Assembly: GCA_963810095.1 (NCBI GenBank)
Contig: CAWEMM010000012.1
Span: forward strand, 512,001-576,000
Source: an uncultured Chloroflexia bacterium
Lineage (GTDB): Bacteria; Chloroflexota; Anaerolineae; CG2-30-64-16
Length of the DNA: 64,000 nucleotides
Direction of reading: 5' to 3'
The notes beneath the pieces were generated by a model that saw only the letters and a list, made by a program, of their open reading frames with translations, was not told where the DNA came from and ran no database searches. The position numbers and the translations under genes are program-made. Each line of letters opens with the position of its first letter. The first letter of the stretch is position 1. Below are positions 52,295 through 60,649 of this stretch, piece after piece.

Positions 52295-53299
52295 TCACGC
52301 CGAGACCCTCGCGACGGTCTCCTTGGCCTTCCGGTTCTTCTGGTAGGTATCGAAGCCGACCGCGGCCAGAAGGACAACACCTTTCACGACGTTCTGTGAG
52401 AAATCAGGGAAACTGGCAAGCTGCATGGCGTTGTTGAGCACGCCGATGATGAGCACGCCCGTTATGAGGCCGAAGATCGACCCTTCACCCCCGATGAAGC
52501 TGACACCGCCCAGCAGCGCAGCCGTCAGGCAGTCGAACTCAATGCCGGCACCCGTCGAGACCTGGCCGGCAAAAACCCGCGACAGCAGCAGGATCGAGGT
52601 GATGGCGGATGCGAAGCCGCAAATCGCAAACAGCATCAGCTTCATGCGGTTGGTGTTCACGCCCGCAAGGCGGGCCGCTTCGGCGTTGCCGCCCAGCGCA
52701 AAGGTAAACCGCCCGAAGTACGTCTTCACGAGCACGAAGTTGGCGATCAAAGCCACGATAATCATGACCACAATGGGCACCGGGATCGGACCCAGGTAGC
52801 CCTGGCCGAAGAACCGGAAGACATTCGGGAAGCCCATGATGTTTCTGGAGTTGGCGATGATGTACCCGACGCCCTTGTAAATCGACGCGGTGCCCAGCGT
52901 CACGATCAACGGGTGAACTTTCAGCTTAATCGAGAGCAGCCCATTCACCGCGCCCAGTGCCGTCCCCAACACCAGAATCAGCGGGATGGCGACGCCAAGC
53001 GGAACTTTGGCGTAGGCGAGCATGATGGACAAGACGATGTTGGTGAGAATGATCTGCGACCCGATGGAGAGGTCAATGGCCCCGCCGACCATCACGAACA
53101 TCAGACCCACCGCGCTGATCGCGACGAAGGAGACCTGCCGGACCAGGATGACGAGGTTATAGGGTGTCAGGAAATTGGGCGAGATGATGGAGAAGAGGAT
53201 CACGAGGCCCAGCAGGATCATCTGTGGGGCGAATTTTTGCAGGCGCGTGCCGATGCCAACGCCCGTTCTGGAAACAGGTACGCTCTGGCTATTCATCAT
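52295..53299 (-). CDS. Sugar (RbsC-type) ABC permease
   Basis: GAIDLSIG, PLIVTLG, ALGGNAEAARLAG, AALLGGVSFIGGEG. Confidence 0.92.
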   Translation of the reverse strand: MMNSQSVPVSRTGVGIGTRLQKFAPQMILLGLVILFSIISPNFLTPYNLVILVRQVSFVAISAVGLMFVMVGGAIDLSIGSQIILTNIVLSIMLAYAKVPLGVAIPLILVLGTALGAVNGLLSIKLKVHPLIVTLGTASIYKGVGYIIANSRNIMGFPNVFRFFGQGYLGPIPVPIVVMIIVALIANFVLVKTYFGRFTFALGGNAEAARLAGVNTNRMKLMLFAICGFASAITSILLLSRVFAGQVSTGAGIEFDCLTAALLGGVSFIGGEGSIFGLITGVLIIGVLNNAMQLASFPDFSQNVVKGVVLLAAVGFDTYQKNRKAKETVARVSA

Positions 53300-53306
53300 G
53301 CGGCTC

Positions 53307-54795
53307 CTAATGTACGCCCGACGCGAGGTCGAGAATATGATCCTGGCTGAACTCCGCCCGGGTTACCTCGCCGGCCAGCCGGCCTTCACACAGCACGATG
53401 ATCCTGTCTGACATGCCGAGCAACTCCTCCATGTCGGACGAAATCATCAGGATCGCGATCCCGCTGTTGGCTAACTCGCACATGAGGTTGTAGATTTCCT
53501 GCTTAGCGCCGACGTCGATGCCGCGGGTGGGCTCGTCAAAGATCAGTATGCTGGAGTCGGCGGCGAGGGCCTTGGCCAGAACCACCTTCTGCTGGTTCCC
53601 GCCGCTCAGGTTGATCACCCGCTGCAACAGGCTTGGCGTCTTGATGTTGATCCGCTGTCTGTACTTCTCGGCGATCTCGTTCTCGGCCCGCGTATCGACG
53701 ACGCCGCGCTTGGAGAGCCTGCGGACGATCGGAAAGCTGATGTTCCACCCCACGCCCATTTCGAGGAAGAGCCCTTGCCCCTTGCGGTCTTCAGTCAGCA
53801 GCCCGATGCCATTCTGCATGGCATCTTGGGGCGACCGGAGCCGTACCGGCTTGCCGCCGACGAGTATTTCGCCGCTCTCGGCCGGCACCGCGCCGAACAG
53901 CAGCATGGCCAGCTCGGTCCTTCCTGCGCCGACCAGGCCCGAGATTCCCAAGATCTCGCCCTTGCGGACCGAGAAAGAGATATCACGGTCGCCGTTGCCC
54001 GTGAGGCTGCGCACCTCGAGCGCCACCTCGCCCGGCGCGGCTGCCCGCTGCGGGTAAGTCTCCTTCAGTTCGCGGCCCACCATCAGGCCGATCAGTTCCT
54101 TGCGATTGGTGTCCTGCGTCAGCCTGGTCGCCACGTACCTTCCGTCGCGCAAGACGGACACCCGATCGGAGATCCGGAAGACTTCCTCAAGCCGGTGCGA
54201 AATGTAGATCACAGTCACCCCGTCCTGCTTGAGGCGCCGTGATGATTTCAAACATGTGCTCCACTTCCGAAACCGAAAGCGGTGCGCTCGGCTCGTCCAT
54301 GATCAGGATCCTGACGTTCTTGGACACGGCCTTGGCGATTTCGACGATCTGCTGTTTCGCCGGCGGCAGATCCCGAACGAGGGCATCCGGATCGATATCG
54401 ACGTTGAAGAGCTTGAATAGCTCGCGTGTTTTGCTCTTCATGGTCGCGTAATCGACCAGCGCGGATTTGCTCACCCGGTCGCCCAGAAAAATGTTCTCGG
54501 CAACCGACATGGTGGGCACGAGGTTAAATTCCTGGTAGATGACCTCGATCCCCAGGCTCCTGGAGAGGTGCGGGGTCATGTTCGGGCATTCGTGCCCGTT
54601 CACGGTGATGAGCCCGCCGTCGAGACCAATCGCGCCCGCAACGGCCTTGATGAGCGTGGACTTGCCCGCGCCGTTTTCGCCCAGCAACGCGTGGACTTCG
54701 CCCGCCACGAAGCCAAGCGAGACGCGATCGAGGGCTAACACGCCGGGGTACTTCTTGGTGATATCTTTGAGAGAGAGAACGACATCGGCATTCAT
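53307..54795 (-). CDS. Sugar ABC ATP-binding protein (RbsA-type, two domains), frameshift near 54240
   Basis: [15 protein letters not shown]; [22 protein letters not shown]. Confidence 0.92.
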
Positions 54796-54822
54796 GTGCG
54801 CAGCAGCCTCGGTGGTGGCCTT

Positions 54823-54894
54823 CAACACAAAGACACAAAGGCATCACTTGAAGCAGGTAGGCTTCAGTGCTTGTGCCCTTGTGTCTTTGGGTTG
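54823..54894. repeat. REP-like palindrome (CACAAAG family)
   Basis: CAACACAAAGACACAAAGGCA ... TGCCCTTGTGTCTTTGGGTTG. Confidence 0.72.
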
Positions 54895-54902
54895 CAAACA
54901 GC

Positions 54903-55960
54903 CTACTTGACTTCGCAGAAGATCGGCTCCAACACGTCGTTGGTGATCTTCGGGTATTCGACGCCCTGCATGACCTTCTTCAGCAGATCGTAGGTCACCT
55001 GGTCAAGGTTCGTGCCGCCGATGGCGACGAGGCCCTTGTACGGGTCCTTGCAGCTCTTGACGGTCTCGATCATGGTCGGATCCATGTCGCCCGCAAAGAC
55101 GGCGTACTTCGAGATGTCGACGTTCGGCAAGGCCTTGATGGTCTGGGCAACGCCCTGCGCATGCGCGCTGGACGACGCCAGGATGACCTTGACGTTCGGA
55201 TGCGCGGTCAGGATGTTCTCGGCCGTGCTGGCTCCGATTTGCATGCCCTCAGTCGAGATATCGACGAACTGCACCATGTTGGCCTTGGGGCAGCTTTTCG
55301 GCGATGGTGCGCATGCCCTGGGCCCGCAGCTTCATCTGCAGGTCGCCCGACTCGTTGCCGATAATGGCCACGTCGACACTTTTCTCCTTGGCGTCGGGGA
55401 ACGTCTTGGTGATGAAGTCGCATGCCATCTGGGCCATCTTGGTGCCGTCTTCGAGTTGGTCGGTGTGCATGATCGCGTCAAAGGGCTTCAGTTCCCCAGG
55501 CGGGACGCCGATGACCTTAATGCCCTTCTTTTGGGCTTCTTCGACGGCGGGCAGCACGTTCTCGATGGAGCCCGGAGCCATGACGATCATCGCCTTAATG
55601 CCCATCGAGATGCAGTTCTCGATCTGGGCATACTGTTGGGTTGCCCCGCCGTCGTCGGCGCCGAAGACGGACACTTCAACGCCGTCGGCCGCCGCCTTGG
55701 CCTTGACCGAATTGGCCAGGTTGTTGAGGAAGGTGTTGGACAGCGCAGGAATCAGGTAGCAGGCCTTCTGCCCCTTGATGTCGGCGCTGGGGCCGGCGGC
55801 TGCAGCAGGCGCTTGGGTGGGTTCGGGGGCCTTGGTGGGCTCGGCCACGGGGGCCTGGGTGGGCGCCGCGGCGGGAGCCGCGGTCGGAGCGGGTGCAGCA
55901 CAACCCGCGAGGAGCGCAAGTGTGAGGACGACCAGTACGACCGTGTACAGTGGTCTTCAT
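54903..55960 (-). CDS. Sugar-type ABC substrate-binding lipoprotein (frameshifted)
   Basis: ATG 55960 with AAGGAG RBS, lipobox-like LLAGC, Pro/Ala linker, PALSNTF, QYAQIEN, AENILTAHPNV. Confidence 0.85.
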
Positions 55961-55987
55961 GGTGAACTCCTTCTCCTGTGGTGCAAT

Positions 55988-56056
55988 GCGTGATCGGGCG
56001 AAACAGCGTATTGCGTGCTAAGACGGCACGTTAGCATGGCCGCGGTTGATTGTCAA
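55988..56056 (-). promoter_or_regulatory. Promoter of the ABC-esterase-galB-galC-dioxygenase operon with tandem boxes
   Basis: TTGACA (56056-56051), 17 nt, TGc-TAACGT (56033-56028); boxes at 56008-56024 (GTATTGCGTGCTAAGAC) and 55988-56004 (weaker). Confidence 0.72.
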
Positions 56057-56118
56057 TCGCAAGAAGTCTTGCCGGCAGACCCGGACGACAGCCGGGATCG
56101 CCGCCTGCGTTAGAGCAT

Positions 56119-56346
56119 TTATCCGCCGGACAGGTAAGGGAAGAAGCAGAAGCCGTGCTCCCGCTGGCACACAGTCCTCCAGGCTCGTGCTGCACGCCGT
56201 CGATCGTGAGGAGGCCGATCAATTCGGCATCCAGGCCGAGCAACAGGGCGACGTCGGCCGCCGAGACCGGGTGGCCCGGCTGCAACTGTGTTGCCGCGTG
56301 GCTGGCGGGGAGCCAGGCCGCCGAAGAGTTCGACCTCGATCGTCAT
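56119..56346 (-). CDS. MoaD/ThiS-family ubiquitin-like sulfur carrier (two compensating frameshifts)
   Basis: MTIEVELFGGL at the start, LLTIDGVQ in the shifted frame, C-terminal FPYLSGG-stop. Confidence 0.72.
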   Translation of the reverse strand: MTIEVELFGGLAPRQPRGNTVAAGPPGLGGRRRPVARPGCRIDRPPHDRRRAARAWRTVCQREHGFCFFPYLSGG

Positions 56347-56486
56347 GCCCGGCGTGCTTCTCCCGACGTCAAGAGTGGTACAAGGCCCGGATAGGGCCAC
56401 GGCCCTGACAACAGCTCTCCTGGCACGGCGGAGCGCCGGTCTCGGCGCCGGCGCTCCGCCACCACCAAGGAGAAAAGGACACACTT

Positions 56487-57451
56487 TCAAGGCGGATAGG
56501 CGACGGTATAGAGGTGTTTCCCACCGTTCAGGGGGCCCTTCAGCAGGGCTTCAATCTCGGCCGGGTCGCGCATGGTCATCTTTTCCGCGGGCGGCAGGCA
56601 GCCGGCCGGGAAACGGGTCATGATGTCGCCGATGAATTTGACCAGCAGTCGAGCAGCACTTCCAGGCCGGGGTACGCCTTGTTGGCGTCGGCGAGCGTCG
56701 GCCGGCCGATGACGCCCTCAGGGTACACCGCGACCTCGATCCCGCTGCCGCCGATGTGCTCGTGCCCCTTGATCGGCGCGTGCATGATCTCGCCGCCCTT
56801 GTCGATGTAGCCGGCGGGCAGGAAGCCTTCGCCCTTGGTGTCGACCGCGTTCTCCATCGTCATGAACTCGGGGAACAGGGCCAGCGAATAGGACGCTTCG
56901 ACCTCGCACGCGTGTTGGAACGGGGTCTCGAACGGCCCGCCGTGCGTCTTGTCCTTCAGATAATCGTGGATCACTGTGGGCCAGTGGACCGAAAACAGCA
57001 TGGCCGGCACCTGGTACTTCTTCGCCAATTGGTGCAGCGCGAGCGGGATGACCTCTTCCTGGCCGTGACCGTTCAGAAAGATCTGCTTGCGGAAGCCGGC
57101 ATTCCAGAAGCCCGCGATGACCGCACGCAGGTTGGCGAGGAAGGGGTCCTCGGGAATGACGACGGTGCCGGGCATGCCCAGGTGGTTGTACGGGTGCGAG
57201 CCGTACCAGATCGGCTCGGCCACCGTGCAGCCGGTCTTCTGCGCGACCATCTCGGCCATCCGCGTGACGAGGAAGGTGTCCTCGCCGAACGGCTGCGCGT
57301 CGCCGTGACACTCGGTGCTGCCGACCGGAATGATGATCAGGTCGTTCGTTTGCAGCCGCTCGCGCAACTGCTTGACGTTCATGGTCTGGTAGTAGATGCC
57401 GTCGGGCCGTTCCATGTGACCGCCCGCGGGCGGCAGCTGCCAGTTCCCCAT
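56487..57451 (-). CDS. iolN: Creatininase-family ring-opening hydrolase, 3-dehydro-scyllo-inosose hydrolase-like; frameshift near 56648
   Basis: MERPDGIYYQTM..Q.RERL..DLIIIPVGSTE.HG..GEDTFLVTRMAE, GFWNAGFRKQI.LNGHGQE, GGPFETPF.HA.EVE, EVAVYPEGV.G: recognisably similar to Thermotoga IolN as I recall it. Confidence 0.8.
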
Positions 57452-57490
57452 GCGCTCACTCCTCTCAGTCAGCCAGGCGTTGCACCAGCC

Positions 57491-57572
57491 AGACACAAAG
57501 ACCCACTAAGCACGGGGGATAGGTTCGAAGCTGTCCCTGGTGACGCCTTGTGCCTGTGCCTGGTCCTGTGTT
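57491..57572. repeat. Degenerate REP-like palindrome (CACAAAG family)
   Basis: AGACACAAAGACCCACTAAG ... CCTTGTGCCTGTGCC..CTGTGTT. Confidence 0.5.
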
Positions 57573-57580
57573 AGACCGGC

Positions 57581-58496
57581 CTAGATCTGCGGGATGTGCA
57601 GGTCGCTGGCGAACGCCTTGGACTGGGTCAGGTTCGGATAGTAGCAGTTCAGCATCTCGACGATGATTGCGGCCTGGGCGGCCATCTTCTTGCCCTCGGC
57701 GGCCGACGTCATCTCGCCGTGCCCGCTGACGACCGAGTTGCCGGTCTTGCAGTGCAGCGGCGCAGCCACCCGGACGATTTCGGGCGCTTCGTAGGTGCGG
57801 ATGAAGCCGCCGGAGCCGGGCGGGTTGTCCGTGTGGATATCGAGCGGGACCTTGACGGCCGCGCGCAGGGCGGCATGCATGGGGATTTGCAGGTCGCGCA
57901 CCGGGTTGATGCTGTCCGCGCCCAGGCTCTCCAACAGCTTGAAGGAGGCCGGGTTGCAGTGGCCGAGGTGCGCCGAGGTCTTGAAGGTAATGTCGGCGGG
58001 CAGCGCGCCGTCCTTGCGCATCTGGCCCACGACCCACAACATGCCCTCATCATAGATCAGGAAGCCGCGCACGCCGCAATCGTAGCCGCGCTTGATATCC
58101 TCGATCGCCCGCAGGAGCTGTTCCATGCCGCGCAACCGGTAGCTGATGCGGACGCCCTGCTGCGAGAGCACCGGTCGCGCCCGTGTCGTACGTGGCGCGA
58201 GGGCCGACCGACATGAGGAGTTCCGCACCGTACGCGTTGCACAGCTTGCAGTACTCGTGGAGTTCCTGCCGGGTGTGGCGGAACATGCCGTAGGTCTCGG
58301 TCACGCGGTTGATCGTGATGCCCAGTTTCAAGGACGTCTCCAGCAGGGCCTCAACCGCCTCGGACGAGTTGACCGTCGGCACTTCGATGCGGAAGGCAGC
58401 ACCGTCGGGGAAGCGCAGGGCCGAGCTCGGCATGTCGTAGCAATCGCCGGACGGCAAGCCCAGCTTCTTCATGTACTCGCGGGTTTCTTCAAACAT
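57581..58496 (-). CDS. U32-peptidase-like TIM-barrel protein, frameshift near 58178
   Basis: RFPDGAAFRIEVP, VGPRATYD, GVRGFLIYDEG, LESLGADSINP.RDL, VPLDIH; no recognisable U32 four-Cys cluster. Confidence 0.65.
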
Positions 58497-58539
58497 GGTT
58501 TTGCTCCTGGTGATGCGCCACCGTTCGGTGGCAATGGTG

Positions 58540-58902
58540 CTATTTGCAGTGGGCCGGCAGTGGGGGGCAGTAAGCCCACACGATGCGCAACGGCTCGTCG
58601 CCGATGTTCTCGACGCGATGCTTCTTGCCAAGAGGCGAGTAAAAGGCCGTCTCGGGGCCGATTTCCCACTCACCCTCGCCGTCGATCACGATCTTTGCGC
58701 GGCCACTGATGAGGAACAGGACTTCCTCCGATTCCTCGTGCATGTGGTCCGGAATCATGCTGCCGACCTCGGTGATGTTCATCCCCATCGAGACGTTCTG
58801 GACCCCCCCGAACTTGGGGGCGAGCAACAGCTTGGAGACGCGCGGTGGGATGCGGTGCTCCCCCTCCACATCGGCGGCTCTGACGAATGGTGGTTTTTCC
58901 AC
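58540..58902 (-). CDS. Cupin-domain protein
   Basis: PDHMHEESEEVLFLISG, KHRVENIG. Confidence 0.88.
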   Translation of the reverse strand: MEKPPFVRAADVEGEHRIPPRVSKLLLAPKFGGVQNVSMGMNITEVGSMIPDHMHEESEEVLFLISGRAKIVIDGEGEWEIGPETAFYSPLGKKHRVENIGDEPLRIVWAYCPPLPAHCK

Positions 58903-58943
58903 GGTATCCCCTCTCCTATGTGACTGATCTTGGAAACCCTTTT

Positions 58944-60087
58944 CTAAACGGCTGCGTCTTTTACAGCCCCGTCCCGGCCGTGCTCACGCCCAGGAGGGCG
59001 TGCTACGCCCACGAGGTTCGCCACCGCGGCCAGGTCTGCCTGCACCTTGGGCGGGAGCAATACGCCATCGCGCTCGACGCGCTGCGTGCTCTCATATTCT
59101 TTCTCGCCCGCGGTGTAGATCGCGCGCTTCGCTCGGGGCGCGGCGGGAGGCGCGCAGCTCGCGGGTGATGCCGCCGGCAATGCGCTTGAAGACCGGCAGC
59201 GGGACGAAGTGCTCGATGTCGATCGCCATGAAGAAATGGCCGATGCGCAGGAACTGGGGCTTGCCCTCGGCGTCGAAGTCGACGAGACCCGAGAGATAAG
59301 TGCCGTCTTGAAACGCCGCTGAGAAGATCTCGACAATGGTCGCCAGGCCGTAGCCCTTGTAGCCGGCCATCAGCTCGCCCATGCCGCCCAGCGGCAGCAG
59401 CGCGGCAGTCTCGGCCGCAAGATCGGCAATGAGCGTCTCGCTGTTGGTTGCGGGCGTGCCGTCCTGCTGGATGACCCAGCCCTCGGGGATCGGCTTGCCG
59501 GCCCGCGCCAGGACCTCGATGCGGCCGCGCGGGGTGATGGAGGTCGCGGCATCGTACAAAAAGGGAAACGGCTCGTCGGTCGGTGCGGCCACGGCGATGG
59601 GGTTCGTGCCCAGCATCGGCTGCACGCCGAAGGTGGGCGCAATCGAGGGATGTGCGTTCGTGAAGCTGAGCCCGACCATGCCGGCCCTGACCGCCATGAG
59701 GGTGTAGTAACCCGCAACGCCGTAGTGGCTGGAGTTGCGCACTGCGACCGCGCCCAGCCCGAACTTCCGCGCCTTCTCGATTGCCAACTGCATCGCATGG
59801 TGACCCAGCACCATACCCATGCCGTTGTTGCCGTCAATGACGGCGGTCGTCTCGGTGTCTTTCACAATGTCGGGGCAACTGGCGGGGAGCTGGAGACCTT
59901 GCTGGATGCGGTCGTAGTACATCTTGAGGTGCGCGACGCCGTGCGACTTAACACCCCAGAGGTCGGCCGTTATGAGGACATCGGCGGTAATCTTCGCATC
60001 TTCCGGGGGCAGCCCCATCCCCTCCAAGCAATCGACCATGAAGGCGGTCAGGACAGGCACGGGAATCTGGATGGTCTCGTTGGACAT
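58944..60087 (-). CDS. Ldh2-family (malate/L-lactate/sulfolactate-type) oxidoreductase, frameshift near 59140
   Basis: ADLWGVKSHG, DGNNGMG, VRNSSHYG, LGTNPIA, DAATS, LLPLGG..GYKGYGL, IYTAGEKE. Confidence 0.9.
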
Positions 60088-60111
60088 CGTTGGCCTCGTC
60101 GGGTCACTGAG

Positions 60112-60183
60112 GTTTTATCTAATGAGACAGTGTCTTGTATAACAATACATGTACACCATATCACAGAGTATCTGGGTTGTCAA
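60112..60183 (-). promoter_or_regulatory. Promoter of the ldh2 operon with tandem boxes
   Basis: TTGACA (60183-60178), 17 nt, TGa-TATGGT (60160-60155); boxes GTATTGTTATACAAGAC (60148-60132) and GTCTCATTAGATAAAAC (60128-60112). Confidence 0.82.
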
Positions 60184-60268
60184 TCACCAATTTTAGGGGT
60201 TTCGTGGGGCCGGGACCGGTCGATGCACTCCTGCCCGCTCCTTCCTGCCCCCGTGTTGACGTTTGCCA

Positions 60269-60329
60269 TTGACAAACGCGCGGCGGAGTGATATGCTGAT
60301 TTATGAGACGACACTTCACCTAGTGATAC
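60269..60329 (+). promoter_or_regulatory. Promoter of the tannase gene with tandem boxes
   Basis: TTGACA (60269-60274), 17 nt, TGa-TATGCT (60292-60297); boxes at 60293-60309 (ATGCTGATTTATGAGAC) and 60313-60329 (ACTTCACCTAGTGATAC). Confidence 0.75.
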
Positions 60330-60649
60330 AGTGGCGTCACCCGATGACGTTGCAGCGCGCACCGCCCTGGGCCGCTTTCGCCCGTACCATCGGCCCTATG
60401 AATCCTTCTCTGCCCGGCGGCTGAACACCGGCCACTTTCCTCGCCTGGGTTCTCAAGAGGTTGGCATGCACAAAAGCGCCACCGCCCGGCCCGCAGGTCC
60501 CCTCGACGCTCTCTCGCGCGCTCCCTCGATCGAGTTACCGACCTACTCTGTCTTGGGCGTTTCCACGTCTCCCTGACATCGAGCTTGCGGGCGACAACTG
60601 TCCTAATCAATGACGACCCGGACCAAATCGCTTCAAAGGAGAACGGATT

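Noticed and set aside
1516-57572. CRISPR array suggested by the recurring CACAAAG repeats
   Set aside because: The copies are dispersed hairpins, not regularly spaced direct repeats with spacers, and no cas genes are present.
3811-60087. About 20 frameshifted genes read as pseudogenes or programmed frameshifts
   Set aside because: The breaks are small indels spread evenly over unrelated pathways, with intact motifs on both sides and no decay or slippery heptamers. They are most consistent with long-read consensus errors; read polishing would decide.
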